Counted from the first letter of the whole stretch, positions 1 to 12,752 are shown. The stretch is DNA of 63,165 nucleotides, filler included, from Diploschistes diacapsis (GCA_023645945.1; 16 parts of 16 records of this genome joined end to end with filler, not necessarily neighbours in it), one strand, 5' to 3'. A program made the numbers and translations. The notes: generated by a model from the letters alone, not told the origin.

Positions 1-2452
1 GTTATAATCATTAAAACGTCGTTTATATCGTTTATTATTTAAGAATCTTATATATTAGACGTTGTTAACGTGACGTTAACGAGTATTATATACGTAATCG
101 GGTTATTAATAAAGTGTATAACTCCCGTTATTAACGTAATAAACTTTAATACATTCGATTTAGTAAATTTAAATTCAAATTCGGGTTTAGATTCAGTTCT
201 TCTTCTTAAAACCTTAACCCGCAAGAACTTCCTCACTAACCGTCGACCACCATCATCTGGCTCGGGTTGATCACATAAAACGGGAGCAAGGGCCCCCAAG
301 ATACTATGATCCTCGGTAGGAACAAATGGTACAAGTTTAATATAATTTAGCTAAATCTTTGCCTTTATCGTTAATACGTCTTTGACGTACGTAATTAATA
401 CGTTTTTAACATAAGTAATTAACCCGTCGTTAACGTGAATAATTAACCCGTCGTTAATACCTCCAATACCAAGTACTAGATCGTTGGTTAAACGTCCCGG
501 TAACTTTCGGATAAACATTACGTTATCGTCCTTTCTATAGCTTTTAAATAATCTCAATTCTTGAAAAATAAACATCTTATTCTCTTTAAACTTAATTAAA
601 TTAATCCTAATAATCTTTTAAACATCGAGTATTTAGATCTTATATTATTTATCAATATTAATATATCCGATCATTATATTTAATCTTACTTTATCTATTA
701 ACTTATCTTATCGTCCAGATAATAACTTAGGATTCACGTAGTTATTATATTTTAATCCTTAAATTCGGATATTATCTATTAACGGCTTTTCGCTTAACTA
801 ATACTCGATAAACGTCGCGACTAAACCGTTTAATTCAAATCTTATTATTATTTTATTTCGGATATAATATTAAACCAATATTACTTCATTCCAAAAAACG
901 TATCCTTATTTTATTCCTTTAAACATAACACGGATGTTCATCTCGATAATTTATATAAATCTTTCGGCAATATTATTTTAATTTGACGTATATAATACTA
1001 TCGATTCCATCTAAATTCCTAAACTTCTCCCCCAATCTTCAATTATAAAGATTAATTCAGGTACATTATCGAAACGCACCGCTTTTAATTACTTACCGCT
1101 TTAAAGCTCTACATTCACTTTCCAGAATTATAAAATACGAACAGCATCCTTCCGAGTTTTATAGAAAATAGACTAGATTCTTCGCGAGTAATTATCGATA
1201 ATTTCCATAAGATATTAATTGTTGTCAAGTGACCTTAAGAAGAATCCACAGATATCGATATTTACCAAATTTAAGATACTTTACTTATGTTTAATCAAAA
1301 TACGGCCAATCTATTACCTAACTTTTATCAATTAATATATCTTATACGTATAAGGTACGATACGGATAAGATTAACGAGAATCATAATTTCGTACAAGTT
1401 CTAAAGCTTCTTGGGTCCTATATAAACCATACGTGCGTGCTATAGTTAATAATTATTTTTATTAAACTAAACTTTTAGATTTAATTTAGGTTCAAATTCA
1501 GTTATTAGATACATAATTATTTTATACGCATATTCTTCTTTTATAACCTTACTCGAGTAATAAATTCCATTCTTTTTCTTACATATAAAAATAATCCGAC
1601 CGTCCTCGTCGTATAGATACAAACCCTTTTGATCAAAATTCCCCCGTAATCCTACCTTGCATAACTTTTACCCCGATATAAGGTTTACTTTCAGTCCAAG
1701 CACATACATCACATATCCTAAATACAGCACGTTATTACCTTGCTTCAACCTAACCTTCCTAATATAATCTAAATAGAGCATTCCTCCCCCGACTTTGATT
1801 CGTCGTCTTTAAATAGGAGTCAGGTTTCTAAATAAATATAGTTAATCAATCATATATAATAAAGCACCGGTATCACCGATCTATTTAATAGGAGTGATTT
1901 TACTTTTAATAATAACGTTTTTAGTTATATTATCAACTTCATTATTATATGATTGAAATTCAGGTTCAGATTTAGATTCTAAACTTTTTAAACTTTCATC
2001 GTCTGAACCTTCTGTATTGTAAACGCGCTTATTCTTATCCTTCTTGTCGCGGATGTTTCGAGATTTTTTTCTTTTCTCCCGCTTCTTATCTTTTGCTATA
2101 ATAATCATTTGCCTAAACTTTTTAGCGAGTTTGTACTATATTACGCGATGGTTATTATCTCTATAAAATAGATATCCTTTTATTAGGCTAAAATAGCGGC
2201 GTCGTCTTTCGTCGGATCGTTTCTAAGAACGGGAACCCTTAAGATACTATGATTTATTATGACGCAAGAAATATGCTATAATTTCTTTTATTAACTTATC
2301 TTGCTTATCGGTAAACCTGTTGAACCATCTATCGAAATCGATATTAACGAATGAAACATTATCGATTTACGTGTTAATAACGTCGATAATAATTCAGTAA
2401 TTAGGCGGTAATGCCGTAAATAATTATTAAAAAGGAATTTTTAAGGTGTACT
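1..2452 (-). mobile_element. RIP-degraded Ty1/copia retrotransposon fragment (gag end, protease, integrase)
   Basis: Minus-strand motifs in copia order with RIP stops: *IGDTGA (WxxDSGA-type protease, ~1865-1883), L*HARMVYIGPKKL (GAG-pre-integrase, ~1405-1445), IDICG (~1245-1258), IDNYSR (~1182-1199), RFDNVPE (~1055-1076). AT- and TpA-rich. 24-nt tandem repeats at ~370-455. Confidence 0.85.
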
Positions 2453-2552
2453 NNNNNNNNNNNNNNNNNNNNNNNNNNNNNNNNNNNNNNNNNNNNTTAA
2501 TTAATTAANNNNNNNNNNNNNNNNNNNNNNNNNNNNNNNNNNNNNNNNNNNN
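2453..2552. other. Artificial contig spacer N44-TTAATTAATTAA-N44 (first of 15)
   Basis: Identical 100-bp spacer with stops in all six frames. Also at 5005-5104, 7557-7656, 10105-10204, 12653-12752, 15197-15296, 17740-17839, 20280-20379, 45457-45556, 47989-48088, 50521-50620, 53053-53152, 55583-55682, 58111-58210, 60639-60738. Confidence 0.99.
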
Positions 2553-2720
2553 GGAATATAATCCCTAATAATAAAAAAAGACAAAAGTTTAGGAATATAA
2601 CCCTTAATACATTTATTTAGTTTTTTAAGCTTTAATTATGGAACAAAGGTTTGGGGATACAATCCCCAATAATAAAAAAAGGCAGGAATTTGGGGGTGCA
2701 ACCCCCAATAACCTACCTAG
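2553..2720 (+). mobile_element. Probable Helitron 3' terminus, present as two tandem ~101-bp units
   Basis: Hairpin TTGGGGGT-GCA-ACCCCCAA (2690-2708), then 8 nt, then CTAG (2717-2720) followed by a T run. A RIP-mutated copy of the unit ends in TTAG-TTTTTT at ~2617-2626. Confidence 0.55.
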
Positions 2721-2897
2721 TTTTTTAAGGTTAGATTTTTTACTTATTACTTATTACTTCGCTTAGGAACCTGGAGGGCGACATCATGTGTCGCCAGACA
2801 CATGATATTATTAGAAGTTATAGTATCATTACTATTCTCCTCCTTAAGAGACTTCTGTGCACGCTATTTCTACGTTCCTTTAGTAGAACCATTTGCC

Positions 2898-3911
2898 CTA
2901 TGCATCTTGTCTCAACTTCTTGCCTCGATGTCTAAAACCCCATAAGAGCTGCCATATGATGGCGCCGAAGGGAATCATACATAAAAGAACCCAAATAACT
3001 CCCACAGTCAAAAGTACCAGGATGGAAAACCCCCAAAAAGCACGCCTGATGCCTTCAAAGCAAGCATTATCAACGCCATCAATTCCTAGCCCATCAACCG
3101 GTACTGCCAACATTACCTGCATGCATGACAAAACCGAAGACAGGCTTGCAAAGCCGAATAGTAAGGGTGCGAGTGCCCGTTCAGTATATGCGCGTATACT
3201 CCAATGCGGTATCTCATAAAACCACGCAGTGCTTGCAGAGGGTGGCTGAAAGACACGACCGGCCCAGTTTAATCGAGAAAGCCGCAGCTGTCCGTAATGA
3301 AAACGTCGTGAGACCTGTATATCATCGATGTTTCGAAAGTATTTAATGAAAGCCGACCAATTTTCCCATTCGATATTTGAAGGAATTAAATGAGCTTGCT
3401 GTGCTAGTACAAAATCAAGCTGAGACCGAACCAGGAAGGCATATGATCGCACAAAACCGATTGCAGCTGACTGGAAGGATGACAAATCGTAGATTTCTTC
3501 ATATTTGGATGATCTGGTAGTGGTCGAAGGTGAGAGGTAAATCTTCCAGAATTCGTAATTGAACAAGCAGACAAGAATCGGCTTGAGGTATATTTTTTGG
3601 TGATACCAGGTGAGATGGAGGCGAATTTCATTTGTTGGAATAATTTCCCTTTCCTTAACTCTTTGTCTGCTTAGACTATCAACATTGTGACCACCCTTCC
3701 GGGCAACGAGCCACATGCTATCATAGAGTTCGTCTATAACGGCTGTCGATAATTCCTGTTCAAGGTAGTCACGAAGGTCGTCCGCAACGAGATCAATGCT
3801 CAGGTCTCCAGGGAGGTAGGCGCTACGCTCATCTGAGTCCCCTTGTAGGATTGCTGTGGAAAGAGCTCTTAATCGAGGAAACGGGATCGATATAGGATTT
3901 GCGCCTGCCAT
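2898..3911 (-). CDS. Fungal hypothetical membrane protein, DUF6601-like (337 aa, intronless)
   Basis: Intact ORF from ATG 3911. Motifs LHLTWYHQKIYLKPI, SYAFLVRSQLDF and RFHYGQLRLSRLN, plus two C-terminal hydrophobic helices, resemble the DUF6601 family. Confidence 0.7.
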   Translation of the reverse strand: MAGANPISIPFPRLRALSTAILQGDSDERSAYLPGDLSIDLVADDLRDYLEQELSTAVIDELYDSMWLVARKGGHNVDSLSRQRVKEREIIPTNEIRLHLTWYHQKIYLKPILVCLFNYEFWKIYLSPSTTTRSSKYEEIYDLSSFQSAAIGFVRSYAFLVRSQLDFVLAQQAHLIPSNIEWENWSAFIKYFRNIDDIQVSRRFHYGQLRLSRLNWAGRVFQPPSASTAWFYEIPHWSIRAYTERALAPLLFGFASLSSVLSCMQVMLAVPVDGLGIDGVDNACFEGIRRAFWGFSILVLLTVGVIWVLLCMIPFGAIIWQLLWGFRHRGKKLRQDA

Positions 3912-4205
3912 ATTGAAGATTACTTGGCTTACAATAGGTTGGGTACTGAACAATAATCACGGCGTATATTGCATCTATATCTTGTAGCTTCGGCCAATGA
4001 TCGGGCACAAGGCACCATGATTGCGACCTGCAGGCACTCGCCAGAAAGTGTCTACTACAAGGCTGACTCGAATGCAAGGCTGACTTGAATGCTTTTTTCA
4101 AATAGCTTGCCTTGCCACGTCTATATTTGCAGTACTATCTTTTGGACTTGCTTTGTCAATCACAACATCCATCAATGTCGAAAGCACCTCAAGAGGTGCT
4201 AGATA

Positions 4206-5004
4206 GAGTGTTGCCCCTAGTAACCGAGCGGACCCTAGTAACCGATCATCCATAAGCGCTTTTTATACCTAAAATGCCCTCCCCTTTTTTATCCATTATA
4301 AGCTCCATATATTTTTTTATTTTTTATTAATTTAAACCTAGATATTCTCGATAATAAAAAATGCTCTTATTGAAACGAAAATTCAATCTCTTTCGTTATC
4401 GTTTCGTAAAATCGTTTGACGTAACGGCGTCTTTTTCTTCTTTTTTCTCGATAAACTTAATGACCGCTTTAAAAAATCTGTTAATTATTAATCGCAGTAA
4501 TTTTTAACTGTTAAATAAAAGAATATCCTCGCGAGATATATAAAACGTTTATAGGTCGAAAGATTTTCTATTTCTATCGTAATGTTTAAAAATTTAACGG
4601 CGAAGATTTAAAATGTTTTCGAGCCGAATAACCAGCGTTAACTAAGCCGTTACTGGCCGTAGCGTTTCTTAAAGAGGTATTTAAAGCTGGGTATAATCTG
4701 GAATAATTTTCTTTTAAGTAAAAGAACCGATGTTGCGGCGTCGGAAATTTTACGCCCGTTTTTAAAACGTTTTTAGAAGTTTCGCGTTTAGTACGACGTT
4801 ATTTCTAAAAATATTTAGAATATGGACGAGAAAGGGATCTAGCTCGGCGTTAAAAAACGTACGAAAGTCGTCGTACGTATCTTTTATCGTTAAATCGATC
4901 GCTAACGTTTAATCGCGAGTAATCGCGATCTGGCGACGATAATCGAGACGGTTTCGATTAAAAAGAAATAATTTTTTTTTTAGTTATTTTTAAAAATAAA
5001 GAAT
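4206..5004 (+). mobile_element. RIP-degraded pogo/Fot1-type DNA transposon, left part
   Basis: Begins after TA with GAGTGTTGCCCCTAGTAACCG. Transposase remnants NMDEKGI*LG (~4819) and NRDLATIIETVS (~4921). Homologous over ~800 bp to 14384-15196. Confidence 0.85.
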
Positions 5005-5849
5005 NNNNNNNNNNNNNNNNNNNNNNNNNNNNNNNNNNNNNNNNNNNNTTAATTAATTAANNNNNNNNNNNNNNNNNNNNNNNNNNNNNNNNNNNNNNNN
5101 NNNNTGATTCGAATGGTGATATTTGTTTTAAAGGAGCGTGGGTGTAAAAAAACTTATAATAAACATCACTTGAAAGACCCGCAAAAAGGGCGTAAAGGCT
5201 AATGGTAAAATATATATTTATTTCGGTCACAATAACTGCTCTGCAAATTTCGAAGCCCTTGGGCGAACCAGCAAAAGATTCCGCGCCGTCAAGGCCTACG
5301 CAAACAGAACGGACATGCTGGGATGAAGGCATTTTCGTGGCTACGTTACCTACTAGGAAAGCTTATAACACAGCTGAGTAGCGAAGCTTGATCTCTCAGC
5401 TTACCACCCTATAACAAGCCAATGGAAGTCTATATTGGTATGTGCCTTGTAAACACTGTTCCAATCCCTCAGTCTATCTTTCATCTCCAAGATGCCTGTA
5501 TTGAGTTTTCGGCGCCACTGGGCATGCTCGAGCCGGACGTGGTGCTGGGACCAACCTCGTCTGGCCTTGAGCTTTGGGATCATATCCCAGAATATCTGTG
5601 ATCATGAATGCCGTCAAGCAAGGACTGCCGAGACCATCGGTTTTGATAGATTGTTAAGGGGGAGACGTAAGAATCCGCTCCAAGCCCATCATATTTTCTG
5701 TTCAGTCAACAAGGCTTTCCAAACCGTCCATTCCTTTTCTTTTGATACCTTAGGCTGCTCCTGTGGTGCAATCTTTCTGTTGGATTCTGCACATTCGTTT
5801 TCTCTTTGACATAATCTTCTGCTTCACCAATTATCGCGGCCCAGCCACA

Positions 5850-6914
5850 ATGTTCACAGCACCCCCTTCTTGCAATCCTCGCCGCCTCGGGCAGCATTAC
5901 CCAACCCATCCTTGCACCCCGCCAATCCGGATTTGCTAGCGGCGTCTACATGATCGTTGTTCGAGGTAGTCCCGAGGTCCAAGGGAGGGTGTCGAAAGCA
6001 GCGTTGTCTCTTCGGTCCAACAGAGCATTCCCGGCTCTGCCGGTGAAGGCGTCGTCCACCATGCCTCGCTCACCGAGTACACATCTTCAGAGGGCCAGGG
6101 CGTCGACGCGATGACTCAGGCCATTCAGAGCTATATACAGGCATGCCCTGACAGGAAATTCGCGCTATTGGGGTTCTCCCAGGGCGCTCAGGTCGTCCTG
6201 GACACGCAGGAAGCATGTCGAATTCTGCGGCTATGAAAAGTCGTATACAAAGAACCGTGGGTACTTACCATAGTTGCTGCTATTCCTGTGGAAAAGCATT
6301 GCTGACTCGGGTGCTCCAGTAATCGCAGCCATCCTCTTCGGAGATCCAGCCCACGTGACTGGCAAGTCTTACGATGTGGGCACCAGCACACACAGCTGGG
6401 ATAAGACCCACAAGCTTTTGACTACTCTTAGCTCTGTTAAATTTCTGCATGCTTGGATAACTAACTCTCCTCACAGACCTACCCTCGCCCCAACACCGCA
6501 ACCTTGGATACCTACCCCTCCCTTCTTCAATCCTGCTGCGACTCAGGCGACGAGTATTGTGACGACGGCAACAGCGCTACAGTGCATGCCGAGGAGGTTT
6601 CGAAGCACAGCTCGGCCGCCGCGCAGTCCATCTTCTCGAAGTTCCAAGGCACTGGCTCTTCATTCGGAAGTGGGAGTGACTCCAGTGCCACTGCGACCAG
6701 CCCGACTCCCGTTTCGTCTAACCGTCTCTTCCTGGCCACATCTGCGGAAGTGATCCCAACGGGTTTTCCTTCGGGAGTGCCGTCCGTGTTTCCAGGGCAC
6801 TCATTCACTGGATTTCCTGGCCTGCCCGCTGGAGTACCGGCTTCAGGACGGTCGTTCCGCGGGTTTCCTTTGGGCTTCAAGGCATCATGGCCAACACGCT
6901 GGTTGAGCAAATGA
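5850..6914 (+). pseudogene. Secreted CE5 cutinase/acetylxylan esterase-like pseudogene
   Basis: GFSQGAQV at 6171-6194, LFGDP, and CDSGDEYC...VH (Asp/His region), followed by a S/T/P/G-rich tail. Lesions: +1 C run at 5862-5866, -1 at ~5983, TAG at 5937 in the ATG frame, and an intron donor reading ATAAGA at 6401. Confidence 0.8.
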
Positions 6915-7656
6915 GGACATGGAAATCTGTTGTCCGTTGCTCTCGGGTCACGGTGTTCTCGTGCTGGAAGAAATACCGAATTGAGTTTGGGCCGACAACG
7001 ATATTCTCTGTATATTCTTTAGCTAGCTAGTCAAGTTTCAATCAACTTGACTTGAAACTCTACGTACCTATCCAGGACAGCTGATACTCCGCCTGCGAAT
7101 GATTTGCAGTGCCTCAATGAGCTCGAGATGCCCGTCGCAACTAGTCAACCACCTGCTAGATCCCCAGTGCTGTGCTCATGAAAAATTCCGCTTTGCTTGT
7201 ACTGCAAATCAGCGTTTAAAGAACTGGGCTTGTAGACTTCGTAACACGCGAAAGCAGGAGTTGAATTTTTACCTCAGTTGATGCCTCAAGCCCCCAACGC
7301 CCCACCAATATCTACACCTACAAAGCTTCGAATCGCCTCCAAACGCTTCTCGCTACTAAGGTACATAAGAAAAGAAGAATCCGAGTCCCGCTTCCGCACC
7401 TCGAACGAACTAAAACCATCCAAGCGTAACAAACCCCCCCGTCCATCCCGTCAGCGGCACACTCGCCAGGACCCCATCCCGTTGTATCGCAAATGCCCTC
7501 CTCCTCCCCCTGGCGGTCTGTCTCCCCACCATCTCCTTCCTTCCTTCCCCCTTTTCNNNNNNNNNNNNNNNNNNNNNNNNNNNNNNNNNNNNNNNNNNNN
7601 TTAATTAATTAANNNNNNNNNNNNNNNNNNNNNNNNNNNNNNNNNNNNNNNNNNNN

Positions 7657-8740
7657 GTGCTAGTGAGGGGCCGGCGCCGCTACGGTCAGAAGATCGGGTG
7701 GGGGCCCGGGCTTTTCCGTTGGGTGGTTGGAGGGCCCGTTCGAAGGTTGATGAGGAGGAGGAGGAGCTGAGTTCGCTGGGGCTTACTTGTCGCCTGGTGG
7801 CTGCGGCGTTCTTTTGGGGGGATAGCTTGGTTCGGATGTCCGAATACATGAAGGCGGGACGGTCTGGGCTTGTTGGGGCCTTGGAAGGAAGGCCAAATCG
7901 CGGGCGATCTGTTTCTGGAGCTGCAGGCAACTTAGGGGCTTGTCGGGCGGCGAGGTTCTCGACTTCGTTAATGTTCTTCAACTCCCAGCCCTTTTGCACC
8001 TTTACCATTGCATACGACAAGCGGGTTCGCAGCTGAGCGGTGAGCTAAGGTAATATCAGCATACAAGAAGCACAACCGCAGAAATGGCTCCTTACTTGAC
8101 CAATCTGTGGACTTCTCTGCGGACTGCCATTTGCCAGACGAGGATGGCCGGGGCCTTCGTGTGGCGAAGCGGACGTGCTGGGAGTTTTGATATGGCCATT
8201 GACTGTCCTTTTCTGTCCGGCAGTGGTGTCTAATCGGTAAGGCGTCGCCCCAGCTAGGTTCCTTCTTGTACCAGGCGACCCGTTCAGAGCCAACATGCTA
8301 CCTTCACCATGACTGGCTAGCGGCTGCCTATTACTGCTATTACCTAGCGGGCCCCCATGCACCGTCTGTCTCGGTGTTGATATCCTTGCATCGACAGAGG
8401 GGCGTTTTTGTACACTAGCCGCGCCAACTAGCTCCGGCTCGTCCTGGAACGACAAGGACGTTTCCTGCGACATGGATAAAATGGGCTCTTGGCTGCTCAT
8501 TAGAGTATCATTATAGGACGATTCCTGAGAGATGGCGGTCGAGGATACGGCAGATGTCGAGTTTGACGCGAGATTGACTGCAGGTGGCTGCTTGTCGATC
8601 CCTTCGCGACTAACAGTCAGCGTCTATTGCCGCAGTGCATTTGGTACGAATGCGAATGGATGCACGGGGTGCTAGCATTCTGACTTACTGCTTTTTTGTT
8701 TCCCTACAAGCGCAAATCCCGAGTATTGGGTGTCTGCCAT
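7657..8740 (-). CDS. Whi5/Nrm1-family transcriptional repressor, 3'-partial
   Basis: Splicing intron 8095-8045 gives QLRTRLSYAMVKVQKGWE, the Whi5-like motif. The rest is S/P-rich. Proposed ATG at 8740 with first intron 8688-8602 (less certain). Runs off the contig end. Confidence 0.75.
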
Positions 8741-9429
8741 GATTTGTTAGGGATTCACCATCTTTCGTTATAGTCGAGTTGTTGTCTACTTCGAACGGCC
8801 ACGACTTGTGTGTTAATGCGCCACCACGCTTCTGACGCGTAAAGGCTGCACGTGTCGGAGAATTCCCTGCTCGGGTATAGCGTGCCTAATCCGGCTAATA
8901 GTAGGTTCACCGCCTTTGGGCACCGAAAACTCCCATGATCCCATACTCTCGAGCCTATTTGAATGCTGAGGCGCTCCTCGCGATCTTCTGAATATAATAC
9001 AACACTACAGCTTTCAGACTAGAGATTTTTCGAAACCGTAGAAACATACTTAGGGGAGCTGAAATTCTACATTTGTGGGGGCAGAAAGTGGGGCTCCTGG
9101 GATGCTGAATGCTAATATTCCCTCCGGGTCGGAAAAACAATATCCGGTAGCCAATTCCCCTTATTACCAAAATCGATCAACTTTTATACCCAAATATCTT
9201 CCCCAAGCAATGTGCCAAATCAAAAATTCAAAATATCATGAAGAACTTTAAGCATTACACATTCAGAGGACTCTTTTTCCGGAATTTTGGGTTTCCCTTG
9301 AGTGCCTAAGATGGAGGTAAACATTTAAGAAAACTGATCCCTGTCAAAAAACGATATTTTTTATTCTTAAAAACGTTTTCGCAGAGATACTAGGTCGAGA
9401 AAGGTAACTTTTTGGTGAGAAATGAGGGG

Positions 9430-9455
9430 ACCTAACTACTTTTGGCCTAGTACTG
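9430..9455 (-). mobile_element. Tc1/mariner-type terminal inverted repeat (element extends leftwards; boundary unclear)
   Basis: Reverse complement CAGTACTAGGCCAAAAGTAGTTAGGT abuts TA and shares CAGT...GCCAAAAGTAGTTAGGT with the ends at 9877, 61101 and 62904. Confidence 0.6.
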
Positions 9456-9876
9456 TATTTGAACATACTCCAGTTTATCTTATTATCAGAGATAATAACA
9501 GGAACAAGGAATAGAGAGCTCCTAGGGAAGAGAATAATATAATTTCGAGAAAGAAGAGACGGCTACTGAAGTTAGAAGATAAGAGTTTGTGCATGCACCT
9601 AATGCCATGAGTTCTATTCTTTTACTTATCCACCTCAGTACCTTGAGCTTATTCTCATCCGACCGCAAGAACTAGACGTGCAATATTAGAGGACTATCAG
9701 ATAGATGACCGTCTGGCTATTCCAGATGTTCTGAGAAAGCACATTCCGGGCCAGTCAGCGTTCATTCCTTTTACTAAGGATACCCCGTAAAGGGGACAGG
9801 ATGCAAGAAACTAGGAGACAGAACCAAACGACATCTAGAATATCGAATAGACGCTTCATCTTCATTTTTTGAGGTA

Positions 9877-10104
9877 CAGTCACGTGCCAAAAGTAGTTAG
9901 GTATCAAATAAACAAATACCACCTATTAACTTTATTGAGCCATTGCGCACTTAATAAAGCTTCAATGAATGCGTAAAGTAAATCATTTTAAAGTTCTTAA
10001 ATAGTAGATTATATTAATATTTAGTTTGTCATTCTTGCGCGTCGATATAAGTCTTTATTCGCTTCGGTATAAAATGCATTAATCTAGCAGGTAAATCCTA
10101 TTCC
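9877..10104 (+). mobile_element. Tc1/mariner-type element end
   Basis: TA|CAGTCACGTGCCAAAAGTAGTTAGGTATC plus ~220 bp homologous to 62904-63165 and, inverted, to 60739-61101. Confidence 0.85.
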
Positions 10105-10204
10105 NNNNNNNNNNNNNNNNNNNNNNNNNNNNNNNNNNNNNNNNNNNNTTAATTAATTAANNNNNNNNNNNNNNNNNNNNNNNNNNNNNNNNNNNNNNNN
10201 NNNN

Positions 10205-10430
10205 ATTTATAATAATCGACCGAGATATTTTAAATAAGCGAATAATTTTTCGAATGTTAATAAATTATTATAATTTTAGAACCTATAAATAATCGTTAAT
10301 ATTAAATTCTATTAAAATCGAATTATTATCATACGAGACAGTTATTATTAAGAAAAATCGAATATAAGATGAAAATAATGATTTAAGGTGGCCGGAATCT
10401 GGGGGTGGCCGGAATCCCCGTGAAACACGT
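10205..10430. mobile_element. Fot1/Vader-type DNA transposon terminus
   Basis: Ends with GGTGGCCGGAATC x2 ...GTGAAACACGT|TA. The same end occurs at 13418-13460. RIP-like interior. Confidence 0.7.
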
Positions 10431-10764
10431 TAGTGTAATGGGGAAACAGTGGTTCCTGAAAGCATTGTATTCAGTCTTTTATGGCTTAGTGGGATAGTGC
10501 TACCTATTAGGCACTACCCCCGCTGTTACATAAAGAATAAGCGGAGCAAATAATATTCCCGAGAACAAACGGTGAATGAACTTAGAACTTACTCGGGTTA
10601 TCTTTTAATAACGGGCCTCCATTCTATGTTAACCATTCACTAGAGCTAAGACTCGTACTGGAATCAATGCTGGTGCTTTACAGTAAGACCGATCCTCAGC
10701 TCACATACACCTTTGTTTCATCCCACTTATGGTTATATAATAGCTAGTGGATCACATTGAAAAC

Positions 10765-11061
10765 ATGGTATATATCATTACCCAACTCATTGCAGAGTAT
10801 TAACATTTTTGACAAGGCGCAAACCCCGCAACAACGTCGCGCAAATGAGAAATACGCTCGGCAGGAAGCTGCAAAGAGGGGGAAAGCAGAGGCTGTGCAG
10901 CAGCAAAAGACAAATTCAAAGGCCCCCATATCTTCCTTGTGGATAGGTGTAGTTTACTCATCCCCTGGCTCCCATTAACTACTTTACTGATGTCGAAAGG
11001 ACTTTTACTTTTCGTTGTTTGCGGGGGTTTCATCTTCGAGCTGTTCAGACTTTTCTTCTAG
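10765..11061 (+). CDS. RAMP4: RAMP4/SERP1 (Ysy6-like) ER membrane protein, 64 aa
   Basis: Exons 10765-10767, 10817-10946 and 11000-11061 splice to MAQTPQQRRANEKYARQEAAKRGK...APISSLWIGLLLFVVCGGFIFELFRLFF. Confidence 0.9.
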
Positions 11062-11639
11062 CGTTTGGCTGGTACTTAGAACTCTCTTTTTGGCAATTTG
11101 GAGATTTCTTTCAGTGAAGGCGTTCCACACTCTCGTTGACATTTTAATTAGATTGTTCCATTGAATACCTAGGTCGAGTTGAGCTTACTAACCAAGCTCC
11201 ATTGCCTCTATTCTTCTGTTCTCACCCCGGGTCGAAGAGCAGTTCTTATCCTTATGGTTATCGAGGAAAGCTCAGGGCAAGGCGCCTCAGTTGCATCCCA
11301 AAAGTCAACCCCAACCTTGTGTCTAGAAGACATTGCATGCACCATGACCACAAGGACATGCGTTATTCAGATTTCCCTTTTAGACTTCAACATGAGAAGG
11401 AGCTGTCCGGCAAATCTACTTCTAGAAAAATAGATGGCATCAGGGAACCAGGGCGAATATATATGGAATCTATTTCTAAATATCATAATATTAGATTCTA
11501 ATATCCACAATATGCCGTTTAGATTAATTATTAAACATCCCCATTATCTCCGTCAGTGTGTTTTGATTGCTGTTATCGTGGCGCTAATTATATAAGATTA
11601 TCCAAATAATATCTTTAGAATCATAATTATCCATTTTAG

Positions 11640-12652
11640 TGTTACGATCCAAGTACCAGACTTAGCACGTCCCAGCTTTATATATAGGTCAGTTACGGGA
11701 CCAGGGGTCACGTGATACGCTTACTATTCACGCTTATTCTCGTGAGCGGCGAGTAAGCTTTCGCCACCGCTTGACGGTCGCGTTTATTCTTATAAACGGC
11801 GAGTCTCGAGGGTACCGTTTATTAAATTCGCGATAAGCGACGAACGAATTAATTATATATAAACACGGCTTTATTTTCGTAAAAGAAGGTATATTTATTT
11901 TTATAAATATCTTTAATTATTATTCGGGATCAATTTATATTCGTTATTTTTATTATTTTAGAACTTTCTTTCTAGAAATAGTCTAAAATTTATAATTACT
12001 TTATCTTTTTTTTTTATTATATTTCTTTTTTAACAGAAATTAAATCTATTTTAATTTTACTCGTATATATTTTATATAAATAGAGATTATAACACTTAAA
12101 TATCCTTAAAAATAAATATTATTAATAATATAACCGAACGATCGCCACCGATAGCTAGATCCGTAACATCTCGCGCATTTAGGGCAGTAACGCCATTAAA
12201 TAAAACCGATATCCGTATAAAAGATATAACGAAAGCTAAAAACGACGATCCCGGAAATGACGATAAACCTAACGAAAATAAATCGTATATAAAACCTATT
12301 ATAAAAACTACAAAATTAATAATGTTTCACGGAAACCGAAAGAAACTAGAACACTAGATACTTTAATTCTTAATATACTTTTATTAAAACCCGTATATCA
12401 TAAACGATCAAAAAAAACGAATAGTCTTCGCCGCAGGATTTATACGTAACCGCGTATTGACATAAATAAGACTTTACCTCGACGTATATTTAAGAAGCTA
12501 AAAAGACAGTTACGGAATGTTTAAGAATTTCGCAGGGTTCAAAAAACAGGTCCGACTGGCCTTCAAAATAACCAACGATAAAGAATATACGATTCAAGTT
12601 ATCAAAATAGTTAATCAAAAAAGCTCAATTTCGAAATACATAATAAAATTTC
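11640..12652 (+). mobile_element. Ty3/gypsy 5' LTR (family A, 11640-12094) plus degraded gag start
   Basis: TGTTACG...TATAACA termini. Homologous to 17840-18217, 44919-45382 and 48740-49091. Gag-like FHGNRKKLEH*I at ~12325-12360. Confidence 0.8.
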
Positions 12653-12752
12653 NNNNNNNNNNNNNNNNNNNNNNNNNNNNNNNNNNNNNNNNNNNNTTAA
12701 TTAATTAANNNNNNNNNNNNNNNNNNNNNNNNNNNNNNNNNNNNNNNNNNNN

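Noticed and set aside
293..2254. Repeated AAGATACTATGAT at ~298 and ~2241
   Set aside because: Too short, internal to the copia fragment and without LTR termini.
7278..7556. 108-aa Pro/Arg-rich ORF
   Set aside because: Low complexity at a contig end; it may be the antisense of an unidentified last exon.
8868..8955. GC-balanced, partly self-complementary stretch as a possible tRNA, 5S or snRNA
   Set aside because: No cloverleaf, A/B boxes or recognisable RNA signature; an Rfam search would settle it.
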